NCBI RefSeq assembly: GCF_001548275.1
Contig: NZ_AP014945.1
Location: 1,560,001-1,592,000 of the forward strand
Source: Caldimicrobium thiodismutans
GTDB lineage: Bacteria > Desulfobacterota > Thermodesulfobacteria > Thermodesulfobacteriales > Thermodesulfobacteriaceae
Length of the DNA stretch: 32,000 bases
Reading direction: 5' to 3'
Position 1 is the stretch's first letter; every line of letters begins with the position of its first letter. This document shows, one piece after another, positions 23,579-32,000 of this stretch. A model generated the notes under the pieces. The model saw only the letters and a program-made list of their open reading frames with translations, made no database searches and had not been told where the DNA came from. The position numbers were made by a program, and so were the translations under genes.

Positions 23579-25321
23579 ATGTTCAAAACAATCAAAGGCA
23601 AGGTTCTTGGGAGTTTTATAATTGTCCTGATTATGGTTGCTCTTTTTATTTTTATCTTGCAGAGTATTAACACCTATCAACAATTTAAAAAGACTTTAAT
23701 AATTGGTGCCGAAGGTATATTAATTCAGGGTGAAAATATAAGGAAAAATTTTGGTAATCTTCATGAAAAAGGTATTTTTATTCATAATATGGAAATGTTG
23801 AAACAAGGGGCTCTTAAGGCCAAGGCTGAAGGGAACGAAGCCAGATATAAAGAGATCATAAATGATTTTCTTAATATTGTTCCCGTTGTTCAGGCGATGA
23901 GGACAATTAAAATGGGAGAAAAGGAAGGAGGATACTTTTTCAAAACTCCCAAGGAAAATCCCAGAAATCCCGCTAATACTCCTGATGAAGTAGAAAAAGA
24001 GATCCTTAAAAAATATAAAGAGGGAACTATAAAGGGAACCTATGTATTTGAAGGAAACTTTAGAGATCCTCAAAGTGGAAAAGAGAGAAAGGCTATAAGG
24101 ATTTTTAGGCCTGTTATTCTCACAGAGGACTGTCTTATTTGTCATGGCGATCCTGCTAAATCATTTGAGCTCTGGGGAAATAAAGAGGGTAAAGACTTAA
24201 CCGGTGGGCCTATGGAGGGTTGGAAGGCTGGAGAGATTCACGGAGCCTTTGAGATCATCTATTTTCTTGATTCCCACCTGAATAGACTTTATTTAGTTAT
24301 TGGTTTGCTTGCCTTAGCCACTTTTACTATTATGCTTGTGGCCCTCTTCTTTGTCAGGAACTTTATGAAGAGAAACCTTGAAAAGCCTCTCAATGAGGTT
24401 ATTTCAGTTACTGAAAAGATTGCTAAAGGAGATCTTTCTTTTGCTTTTACTTATGATAGAGAGGATGAATTAAAAAGACTGGTTACTTCCCTTGAAGATA
24501 TGCGTCAGGGACTTATAAATTTAGTAAAGGGGCTTTTAAATTCCTTTACAGAACTTCTAAATACAACTGGCCTTATGAAAGAGAAATCCTTACAGCTTGA
24601 TGAATCAGCTCTTAATCTCTCTCAGATCACAGAGATGGTGAATCAAAAAGTTGTGGATATTAATATGAAGCTAAATGAGGTTTCCCATTCCTTTGAACAG
24701 ATGAATATTGCCATTCAGGAGATCACAAAGAATGTGCTTAAGACAACGGAGATGACCAAAGAGGCCAAAACAAGAACGGATCTTGCCCACGAAGTTGTTG
24801 AGAGATTGGCGGAGGATTCCAAGAAAATAGGTGAGATTGTTAACCTTATCAATAATATTGCAGAGGCAACCAATCTATTAGCTCTCAATGCAAGTATTGA
24901 GGCGGCACGGGCTGGGGAAGCAGGTAAGGGCTTTGCAGTTGTAGCTAATGAGGTTAAAGAACTTGCTAAACAAACCCAGTCTGCAACCAAAGATATTGAA
25001 AACATGATTGCTGAAGTTCAGGAAAATATTAAAAATTCTATTGCCTCTATTGATTCCATTCGGGAAATGGTTAATCAGATAAACGATGCAGCCAATGTTA
25101 TAGCCAGCGCTGCTGAAGAGCAGACTATAACCATGGGTGAGGTAAATACTTATTTACAAGATACTGCCCTTTATACCTCTGAAATTGGAAGTTCCATGGA
25201 AGAGCTAATTAAATCTGTGGAGGCCTTAAGAACAATCTCCTCTCTTAATCTTGAGACTGCTGAAAAATTGAAAGAACTTGCAGATACTTTAAGAGGAATC
25301 TCTGAGATGTTTAAACTATAA
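23579..25321 (+). CDS. Methyl-accepting chemotaxis protein with a periplasmic c-type-haem (CXXCH) sensor domain of the DUF3365/Tll0287-like type
   Basis: TM1 is GSFIIVLIMVALFIFILQSI. The periplasmic domain has NPRNPANTPDEVEKEIL.. and CLICH (24131..24145). TM2 is LYLVIGLLALATFTIMLVALFFV. A HAMP domain follows, then the MCP signalling hairpin EATNLLALNASIEAARAGEAGKGFAVVANEVKELA. The start is moved from TTG 23504 to ATG 23579 because the promoter lies in between. Confidence 0.88.
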   Translation: MFKTIKGKVLGSFIIVLIMVALFIFILQSINTYQQFKKTLIIGAEGILIQGENIRKNFGNLHEKGIFIHNMEMLKQGALKAKAEGNEARYKEIINDFLNIVPVVQAMRTIKMGEKEGGYFFKTPKENPRNPANTPDEVEKEILKKYKEGTIKGTYVFEGNFRDPQSGKERKAIRIFRPVILTEDCLICHGDPAKSFELWGNKEGKDLTGGPMEGWKAGEIHGAFEIIYFLDSHLNRLYLVIGLLALATFTIMLVALFFVRNFMKRNLEKPLNEVISVTEKIAKGDLSFAFTYDREDELKRLVTSLEDMRQGLINLVKGLLNSFTELLNTTGLMKEKSLQLDESALNLSQITEMVNQKVVDINMKLNEVSHSFEQMNIAIQEITKNVLKTTEMTKEAKTRTDLAHEVVERLAEDSKKIGEIVNLINNIAEATNLLALNASIEAARAGEAGKGFAVVANEVKELAKQTQSATKDIENMIAEVQENIKNSIASIDSIREMVNQINDAANVIASAAEEQTITMGEVNTYLQDTALYTSEIGSSMEELIKSVEALRTISSLNLETAEKLKELADTLRGISEMFKL

Positions 25322-25334
25322 ATAGGTGCAGGTT

Positions 25335-25919
25335 ATGGTTTTAGTTAAAAAAGACCGAGTTACACGGGAAACAAACATTTCTATTACTCTTGATTTGTAT
25401 GGGGAATATCTTGAAAAAAGTAAAATTACAACTGGTATAGGTTTTCTTGATCACATGCTTGAGCTTTTTAGTTTCCACTCTGGAGTTAACCTTGAACTTT
25501 TCGCAGAAGGTGACCTTGAGGTTGATTTTCATCATACCGTTGAGGACATTGCTATCCTTTTTGGGCAGGCTTTTGAAGAAGCCTTAGGTGATAGAAAGGG
25601 GATGGCAAGGTATGGTGAGGCAACAATCCCTATGGAAGAGGCCCTTTCTCAGGCTGTGCTTGATCTTGCAAGACGCCCTTTTCTTCATTACGAGGTTAAT
25701 TTTCCCGTAGAGAAAATAGGAAACTTTGATACAGAGTTAATTGAGGAATTTTTTAGGGCCTTAGTGTTTAATGGGCTCTTTACTTTACATCTGCGAAATT
25801 TTTATGGTAAAAATGCGCATCATATTGCGGAGAGCCTTTTCAAAGCCTTTGCTCATGCCCTTAGAAAGGCAATCACTATAACTGAAGAGGATGTTCTCTC
25901 CACCAAAGGGCTTCTCTAA
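25335..25919 (+). CDS. hisB: Imidazoleglycerol-phosphate dehydratase
   Basis: RETNISITLDLYG, GIGFLDHMLELFSFH and HHTVEDIAILFGQA motifs. ATG 25335 has an AGGTG SD. The track start GTG 25326 is 3 codons longer. Confidence 0.93.
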   Translation: MVLVKKDRVTRETNISITLDLYGEYLEKSKITTGIGFLDHMLELFSFHSGVNLELFAEGDLEVDFHHTVEDIAILFGQAFEEALGDRKGMARYGEATIPMEEALSQAVLDLARRPFLHYEVNFPVEKIGNFDTELIEEFFRALVFNGLFTLHLRNFYGKNAHHIAESLFKAFAHALRKAITITEEDVLSTKGLL

Positions 25920-26443
25920 TTGAGAAACATTTTGGGAATTTCATAATATTTTCTGCTTCTTTTGATAAATTCTATCCAGCTCTGGGGAATGAAACGGACT
26001 AATACTTTGGTTGTAGTGTTAACAACTGGATAAGTTAGAGCCCGATCTAAGGATTCACGGGCTGGAGGAAAGGGAATAACAATGAGAAAATAGAGGAAGG
26101 TTGTAAAAAGGGCTCCTTTAATGAAACCAAAAAGGGCCCCAAGAATTCTGTCTCCAAGGCTAATATGCATGGTTTTTAACGCAAGGACAATCACAAAACC
26201 CAAAAGTAGAAAAGTAATATAGATAAGTAGAAAGGCAAGAAGAAAGCTTATCAGAAGCTGACCCTTAGGATGATTAATAAAATGAGCTATGTAAGGTTTA
26301 AGTTTAAGGGATAACCAACCAGAATAGAGGAAAGCAACAAGCATGCCCACTAAGGAAAAAAAGTTTTTGATAAAACCTGATAAAAGACCCCTTATGACAA
26401 AATAGGCTATAAAGCCAAGAGCCAGAAAGTCAAACCAGATCAT
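25916..26443 (-). CDS. cvpA: CvpA-family (colicin V production) membrane protein
   Basis: 175 aa, four predicted TM segments and a typical CvpA N-terminus (DFLALGFIAYFVIRGLLSGFIK). ATGA overlap with the cysS stop. Confidence 0.78.
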   Translation of the reverse strand: MIWFDFLALGFIAYFVIRGLLSGFIKNFFSLVGMLVAFLYSGWLSLKLKPYIAHFINHPKGQLLISFLLAFLLIYITFLLLGFVIVLALKTMHISLGDRILGALFGFIKGALFTTFLYFLIVIPFPPARESLDRALTYPVVNTTTKVLVRFIPQSWIEFIKRSRKYYEIPKMFLN

Positions 26444-27900
26444 TCAACAAACCAAAAGGTCTCCTCTTTGGTGTCCTTAAGCTGGATACCAAGTTTTTGA
26501 AGCTCTGTGCGTATGGAGTCAGCTAAGGCAAAGTTTTTTTCCAGACGGGCCTCAAATCTTTTCTGTATTAACTCCTCTACCTCATTTAAGGTTTTTCCCT
26601 TGGCTTTGAGTTTCCTCTCTTTTTCAGAGAAAAAAAATGCCTCAGGGTCAGTTTTGGCAATTCCAAGGAGTCCTCCAGAAAGTTCTTGAATCTCCTTTAA
26701 GGCCTCTTTTAAGAGGGTTACTTCTTCGGTTGTTAAATCTTTAAAACGGTTAATAAAATTATAGAGTTCTCCTTCTAAGGCAAAAAGGTGTCCTAAGGCT
26801 AAGGCAGTATTCAAGTCTTCAAGAAGAGCCTGCACAAAGGTCTCCTTAAATTTAGACAGGGCCTCTTTTAGACTCTTTGAACGAGGAAGAAGGCCTCCCT
26901 CCTTCTTAGGAGTAGCCTTATTTATCCAATAGAGGGTTTCATAAAGTCTATACATAGCTTTTTCTGTTTCCTGAATATTCTTTTCTGAATAGTCAAGAGG
27001 TGACCGGTAATGTTTAGACAGTAGAAAGGCCCGGATAACTTCAGGATGATATTTTTCAAGGAGATAAGCTGTGGTAACAAAATTTCCCAGACTTTTAGAC
27101 ATCTTTTCGCCTTCAACAGTAATAAGTCCGTGGTGAATAAAGTAACGCACAAAGGTCTTGCCTGTTGCACCCTCACTCTGGGCAATTTCGTTTTCATGAT
27201 GGGGGAAAATGAGGTCAAGCCCCCCTCCGTGAATATCAATGGTTTCACCCAGATACTTTAAACTCATGGCTGAGCACTCAATGTGCCAGCCAGGCCGACC
27301 AAATCCCCAAGGGCTTTCCCAGAAAGGCTCTCCAGGTTTGGCTGACTTCCAGAGGGCAAAGTCCAGTGGATTTCTCTTTTTTTCTGAGGGATCAATTCTT
27401 ACCCCGGAGAGAAGTTCTTCCAATTTTCTGCCTGAAAGTTTCCCATAGCCTTTAAATTTCTCTACAGCAAAATAGACATCACCTTCACTTACATAGGCTA
27501 AACCACCATTTATGAGTTTTTCAATAAGACTTATAATTTCATGGATATGCTCACTTGCCTTGGGTTCAAAAGTTGGCTTTAAGACCCCGAGTTTTTCCAT
27601 CTCCTCCTGATATTCCTGAGTATATCTTTCTGTAATATCTTTCCAGAAAAGACCTTCACGATTTGCCCTATTTATGATTTTATCATCAATATCTGTTATG
27701 TTTCTTACATAAAGGACCTCATAGCAGAGCCATCTCAGGATACGAAAGAGCACATCAAAGATAATGGCAGAGCGCGCATGGCCAAGATGTGAGGAGTCAT
27801 AAGCAGTAATTCCACAGACATACATGGTAACTCTTGGAGGATTTAGAGGTTCAAAGTCTTCAATCTTTCGTGACAGGGTATTGTAAATACGCAGTTTCAT
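26440..27900 (-). CDS. cysS: Cysteine--tRNA ligase
   Basis: 486 aa with the class I HIGH variant (SHLGHARS), KMSKS (GEKMSKSLGN) and the GWHIECS zinc site. Confidence 0.95.
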   Translation of the reverse strand: MKLRIYNTLSRKIEDFEPLNPPRVTMYVCGITAYDSSHLGHARSAIIFDVLFRILRWLCYEVLYVRNITDIDDKIINRANREGLFWKDITERYTQEYQEEMEKLGVLKPTFEPKASEHIHEIISLIEKLINGGLAYVSEGDVYFAVEKFKGYGKLSGRKLEELLSGVRIDPSEKKRNPLDFALWKSAKPGEPFWESPWGFGRPGWHIECSAMSLKYLGETIDIHGGGLDLIFPHHENEIAQSEGATGKTFVRYFIHHGLITVEGEKMSKSLGNFVTTAYLLEKYHPEVIRAFLLSKHYRSPLDYSEKNIQETEKAMYRLYETLYWINKATPKKEGGLLPRSKSLKEALSKFKETFVQALLEDLNTALALGHLFALEGELYNFINRFKDLTTEEVTLLKEALKEIQELSGGLLGIAKTDPEAFFFSEKERKLKAKGKTLNEVEELIQKRFEARLEKNFALADSIRTELQKLGIQLKDTKEETFWFVE

Positions 27901-28655
27901 GAGGAAAGAAGATTACCAAAGGATTGGTAACTTGCCCTTTTAAGAACTGAAGATTCCCAGTTAAAGACCGGAATTCTCTTGGCTTCAAATTCTAATACTT
28001 TTGGGTCTTCAGGGAGAAAGGCAAGTAGTTTTAACGAGTGTTTTTCAGAGATTTCATAAGCAAATTTTTTAAGTTCCTCGGGGAGATTTTCAGGACACCG
28101 GTTAACAACCATCCAGAGGTTACCTACCTGAATTTGCAGACTTCTTAAGAGATCTGCAATCCTTCCTACGGTCATAATACCCCTGTGAGAGGCATCAGAT
28201 ACAATAATCAGGTGTTCCATCTCAAGGAGATTTAATCTTGAAAGGTGTTCCATGCCAGCTTCATTGTCAATGACAAGATAATTATAGGAGCGCATGAGTT
28301 TTTCAATGGCTTGAGAAAGGAAGGAATGGGCTGCACAATAGCAACCAGGTCCTTCCGGTTGCCCCATCACAATGAGATCATAGCCCTGACCCTCAATGAC
28401 TGCCTGATGGAGCCTCATCTCAACATAGTCATATCTTGCCATACTATCGGGAACACTTTTTCTTAACTCCTCTTTAATTTCTCCCAGAGTAATCTCTACC
28501 TCTTCTCCCAGAAGTTCGTTTAAATTGGCATTTGGGTCAGCATCTACCGCTAATATGGGCTTTAGATTATGATCAAGAAGGTAATTTACAAGTAAGGCAG
28601 AAAGGGTGCTTTTTCCTGTTCCGCCCTTTCCTGCAAAAGAAATCCTAACAGGCAT
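27897..28655 (-). CDS. CooC/AcsF-family P-loop ATPase (nickel-insertion accessory protein family, MinD/ParA superfamily)
   Basis: 252 aa with the deviant Walker A FAGKGGTGKST, AVDADPNANLNELLG, the CxC metal motif GPGCYCAAH and VIDNEAGMEHLSR. It overlaps the cysS start by 4 nt. Confidence 0.75.
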   Translation of the reverse strand: MPVRISFAGKGGTGKSTLSALLVNYLLDHNLKPILAVDADPNANLNELLGEEVEITLGEIKEELRKSVPDSMARYDYVEMRLHQAVIEGQGYDLIVMGQPEGPGCYCAAHSFLSQAIEKLMRSYNYLVIDNEAGMEHLSRLNLLEMEHLIIVSDASHRGIMTVGRIADLLRSLQIQVGNLWMVVNRCPENLPEELKKFAYEISEKHSLKLLAFLPEDPKVLEFEAKRIPVFNWESSVLKRASYQSFGNLLSS

Positions 28656-28657
28656 TC

Positions 28658-30247
28658 TTAACTCCTTTTCTTTTTATCCAAATAGAGTTTATAGGTATAG
28701 GAATCAATGAGAGCTTGACAGCTTGCCTCAAGAATATCCGTTGAAACCCCAACTGTGCCCCATCTCTTATCTTTGCTCTTAGAAAGAATAAAAACCCTGA
28801 CTTTGGATGAGGTTCCTGGAAGGCCTGGAAGGACTCTCACTTTGTAATCCTCAAGTTCCATCTCCCTTATCTGGGGATAGAATCTAACTAAAGCCTTTCT
28901 TAGGGCATTATCCAGGGCATTTACAGGGCCATTTCCAAGGGCAGCAGTGTGTTCAACCTCTCCCACCCCAGGAGGCACTCTCACAAGAACTGTAGCCTCT
29001 GCCTGGGAAGAATCAAGGAGTTGTTTCTGGTCAAAGACTTTATATGTGAGGAGTTCAAAATACTGCTTGGGTTCACCCATGAGTTTGTAAATAAGGAGTT
29101 CAAGAGAGGCTTCTGCCGCTTCAAATTCATAACCTTCTGCCTCAAGCTTTTTGATTTCCTCCACAATCTTGTTTACTAAGGCACTTTCAGTATCAAGCTC
29201 GATACCAAGCTCTTTAGCCTTATAAAGGATATTACTTCTTCCTGAAAGTTCTGAGACAAGAACCCTTCTGACATTCCCTACCAGGGCAGGATCAAGGTGT
29301 TCATATGTGCGAGGTGATTTGAGGACCGCTGAGACATGAACCCCTCCTTTGTGGGCAAAGGCAGATCTTCCTACAAAGGGAAGCCTGGCAGGATGGGGAA
29401 GATTGGCAATCTCAAAGACATAGCGAGAAACCTCGGTAAGTTTAAAAAGCACATCCTTTGCAGAAACATCATAGCCCATTTTTAAAACCAGATTGGGAAT
29501 TATGGAACAGAGATTGGCATTTCCACATCTTTCCCCGATACCATTTATAGTTCCTTGAACTTGAATAGCTCCAAGTCTAACCGCTTCAAGGGAATTGGCA
29601 ACGGCACACTCAGAGTCATTATGGGCATGAATCCCCAGAGGAGCCTTTTCTCCAAGGACATCTTTAACCCTTTGTATAATCTCTCTTATTTCATGGGGTA
29701 GTGTTCCCCCATTGGTATCACAAAGGCAAAGACATTCTGCCCCAGCTTTTAAGGCCCTTTTTAAGGTCTCAAGGGCATATTCTGGATCTTCCTTAAAACC
29801 GTCAAAGAAGTGTTCAGCATCATAGATTACCTTAGAAACATGCCCTTTTAAATAGCGCACGGAGTTTTCAATAATCTCAAGATTATGCTCAAGAGTTGTC
29901 TTTAAAGCCTCCTTAACATGAATTGTCCAGCTCTTACCAAAGATGGTCACAACTTCAGTCTTAGCTTGGAGCAAACTCTGAAAGATCTCGTCTGTTTCAG
30001 GGGTTTTTCTTGGATGATGAGTGCTTCCAAAGGCAACAACACGGACATGTTTAAGATGATAATCCTTTATCTCTTTAAAAAATTGAAAATCCTTGGGATT
30101 GGAACCAGGCCAGCCGCCTTCCAGATAATCTATCTTTAATTCATCAAGCTTAAGAGCAATTCTGATTTTATCTTCAACAGAAAAGTTGACCTCTTCAGCC
30201 TGGGCTCCATCTCTTAATGTAGTATCATAAAGTTCTATTTTTTTCAT
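28658..30247 (-). CDS. cimA: (R)-citramalate synthase (CimA; 2-isopropylmalate synthase superfamily with a LeuA-dimer regulatory domain)
   Basis: 529 aa with LYDTTLRDGAQAE, GGWPGSNPKD, HAHNDSECAVANSL and HKGGVHVSA. The C-terminal GNGPVNALDNALRKAL closely matches the Geobacter/Leptospira CimA type from memory. Confidence 0.85.
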   Translation of the reverse strand: MKKIELYDTTLRDGAQAEEVNFSVEDKIRIALKLDELKIDYLEGGWPGSNPKDFQFFKEIKDYHLKHVRVVAFGSTHHPRKTPETDEIFQSLLQAKTEVVTIFGKSWTIHVKEALKTTLEHNLEIIENSVRYLKGHVSKVIYDAEHFFDGFKEDPEYALETLKRALKAGAECLCLCDTNGGTLPHEIREIIQRVKDVLGEKAPLGIHAHNDSECAVANSLEAVRLGAIQVQGTINGIGERCGNANLCSIIPNLVLKMGYDVSAKDVLFKLTEVSRYVFEIANLPHPARLPFVGRSAFAHKGGVHVSAVLKSPRTYEHLDPALVGNVRRVLVSELSGRSNILYKAKELGIELDTESALVNKIVEEIKKLEAEGYEFEAAEASLELLIYKLMGEPKQYFELLTYKVFDQKQLLDSSQAEATVLVRVPPGVGEVEHTAALGNGPVNALDNALRKALVRFYPQIREMELEDYKVRVLPGLPGTSSKVRVFILSKSKDKRWGTVGVSTDILEASCQALIDSYTYKLYLDKKKRS

Positions 30248-30270
30248 TTTATTTTTCTCTTAAAAGGGGT

Positions 30271-31500
30271 TTATTTTTCTTCCTTAGCACCTTCTTCCAA
30301 TCCAAAGGCCTCATGTAAGGCCCTAACAGCAAGTTCTGTATATTTTTCATCTATAACACAGGATATTTTAATTTCACTGGTTGAGATCATCATAATATTT
30401 ATACCGTGCTTGGCCAAGGTTTCAAACATCTTGTTAGCAACTCCTGAATGGGTGCGCATGCCTGCTCCAATAATAGAGACTTTGGCAATCTTATCATCTC
30501 CTTCAATACGCTCAACCCCCAGTTCTTCACAGACCCTTTTTATGATTTCCAGAGCCTGTTTAAAGTCTGTCCTTGGAACGGTAAAAGTAAGATCAGCCTT
30601 GCTATCAGGCCTTCCCGTTTGAATTATCATATCCACATTGATTCCTGCTTCCCCTATAGGCCCAAAGATTTTAGCTGCAACCCCTGGTTTATCCGGAACC
30701 CCATAGAGGCTTATTCTGGCTTCATTTCTATTGTAAGTTACTCCTGAGACAAGAACCTTTTCCATCTCTGCATCCTCCTCGGTTATTAAAGTGCCCTCTG
30801 CATAATTAAAACTTGAACGCACCACCAATGGCACCTTATAAATCATAGCAAGCTCAACGGACCTCATTTCAAGCACTTTGGCTCCTGAGCTTGCCATCTC
30901 AAGCATTTCTTCATAAGAGACCTTGGGAAGTTTTCTGGCATTTGGAACTATTCTTGGATCTGCGGTATAAACCCCTTCTACATCTGTATAAATCTCGCAA
31001 AGATCTGCCTTAAGGGCAGCAGCCAGAGCTACAGCAGTGGTATCAGAGCCCCCTCTTCCAAGGGTAGTAATATCCCCCATTTCAGTTACTCCCTGAAAAC
31101 CAGCTACAACAACTATTTTATTTTCAGATAATTCCCTTTTTATCTTTTCAATCTTAATATCTTTAATCCTTGCCTTGGTAAAAAGATCAGTGGTAAAGAT
31201 GGGCACCTGATATCCTAATAGGGATACCGATTTATAGCCCATACTTTGTAAGGTTATAGCTAAAAGGGATGAAGTAACCTGCTCTCCTGTTGAGACAAGC
31301 ATATCAAGTTCTCTAAGGGGTGGTTCAGGAGTAATATCCTTAGCCAGCTTGATAAGACGATCCGTTTCTCCTGCCATGGCTGAGACAACCACCACAAGTT
31401 CATGCCCTTTTTTCTTGTATTGGGCAATTCTTTCAGCTACCTTTCTGATCCTTTCAAGGTTAGCAACGGATGTTCCACCATATTTTTGGACAATTAGCAT
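30271..31500 (-). CDS. lysC: Aspartate kinase (monofunctional, two C-terminal ACT domains)
   Basis: 409 aa with [33 protein letters not shown] and tandem ACT domains. Confidence 0.95.
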   Translation of the reverse strand: MLIVQKYGGTSVANLERIRKVAERIAQYKKKGHELVVVVSAMAGETDRLIKLAKDITPEPPLRELDMLVSTGEQVTSSLLAITLQSMGYKSVSLLGYQVPIFTTDLFTKARIKDIKIEKIKRELSENKIVVVAGFQGVTEMGDITTLGRGGSDTTAVALAAALKADLCEIYTDVEGVYTADPRIVPNARKLPKVSYEEMLEMASSGAKVLEMRSVELAMIYKVPLVVRSSFNYAEGTLITEEDAEMEKVLVSGVTYNRNEARISLYGVPDKPGVAAKIFGPIGEAGINVDMIIQTGRPDSKADLTFTVPRTDFKQALEIIKRVCEELGVERIEGDDKIAKVSIIGAGMRTHSGVANKMFETLAKHGINIMMISTSEIKISCVIDEKYTELAVRALHEAFGLEEGAKEEK

Positions 31501-31503
31501 TTC

Positions 31504-31821
31504 TCAACTCCTTTCCTCAGAGTCCTTTTCAAATTTTCCCCAAACAGGGTCTTCTCCAAAGTGTTGGAACCAGAAATCAGCTGGATCTGAACCAGCTGGA
31601 TTAGGTTTTAATTCAACCTTATAATTATCACAGTAATCCATGAGTAGTTGATAAGCCTCATTGAGGGCCTTCATCTTTTCAGGATCCCCACCTTTGTCAG
31701 GATGAAGCTCCTTGGCCAGAGCATGATATTTTTCCACAATCTCTTTGCGGGTAGTTATTAAGGGTAATTTTAAAAATTTTCTTGCCCTCTCAAGAGCTTC
31801 CCATTTTTCCTTCCAGTTCAT
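31504..31821 (-). CDS. Small J-domain (DnaJ-like, HPD motif) protein
   Basis: 105 aa. EIVEKYHALAKELHPDKGGDPEKMKALNEAYQLL is a J-domain helix II-HPD-helix III. There is no G/F or zinc-finger region and no SD upstream of the ATG. A 3-nt gap separates it from the lysC start. Confidence 0.7.
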   Translation of the reverse strand: MNWKEKWEALERARKFLKLPLITTRKEIVEKYHALAKELHPDKGGDPEKMKALNEAYQLLMDYCDNYKVELKPNPAGSDPADFWFQHFGEDPVWGKFEKDSEERS

Positions 31822-32000
31822 ATTAAATATTTAATAATAAAGGCTTTTCGGAAAAATACAAGATTTCAAATTGCCTCACTAAAAATTTATTTGAAAATTT
31901 ATCGTTGCCTCATATAAAAAATTTTTCAATTTCAATTGAGCAAAGTTCTTAAAACTTTACGGAAAAACTATCTATTTTGCTTTTTTTAAATTCAAAAAAG

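Noticed and set aside
31822-32000. Short direct repeats in the AT-rich region upstream of the J-domain gene: TTGCCTCA at 31871 and 31905, CGGAAAAA at 31849 and 31970, and TTTCAA(T)TTG motifs
   Set aside because: The repeats are 8 nt or shorter in very AT-rich sequence at the window edge, so I cannot distinguish them from chance. I saw no DnaA-box-like (TTATCCACA) pattern.
1-32000. CRISPR arrays, IS elements or transposases, integrases, tRNA or rRNA genes, and toxin-antitoxin or restriction-modification genes
   Set aside because: No regularly spaced repeats, no transposase- or integrase-like ORFs and no cloverleaf-like sequences were found in any of the intergenic gaps. Those gaps total only about 1.7 kb.

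Overview
This is a compact, AT-rich bacterial chromosome segment. By my tally of the gaps it is about 95% coding. Most genes have strong GGAGG-type Shine-Dalgarno sites and K/E/I-rich proteins. A thermophilic, Thermodesulfobacteria- or deltaproteobacteria-like origin is only my inference. I call 29 protein genes, almost all housekeeping:
- Left part: NSS transporter (partial), FAD oxidoreductase, galE, recJ, dgt-like, PurN-like formyltransferase, cpoB/ybgF, usp, comF, M20 peptidase, acyP.
- Middle: ZnuA-like binding protein, fused secDF, fmt, clpB, hsp20, thiL, ndk, alaS, a small thioredoxin-fold ORF, a hypothetical.
- Right part: a haem-c (CXXCH) chemoreceptor, hisB, cvpA, cysS, a CooC-family ATPase, cimA, lysC, a J-domain protein.

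I saw no rRNA, tRNA, CRISPR, IS/integrase, prophage or recognisable defence island, and I do not claim a novel multi-gene system.

Observations worth a second look:
1. The 75-codon ORF coupled to alaS stops at a TGA that sits where its family has a conserved Cys. The frame stays open for 28 more family-like codons, and a SECIS-like hairpin follows. This is a candidate selenoprotein.
2. A roughly 120-nt repeat occurs in three divergent intergenic regions and carries an outward TTGACT -35 box.
3. Every convergent gene junction overlaps or nearly abuts, and the hsp20 terminator hairpin lies inside the thiL coding sequence.
4. lysC has an internal SD plus ATG at Met246, as in the B. subtilis alpha/beta arrangement.
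5. clpB and hsp20 have a mirrored promoter pair.
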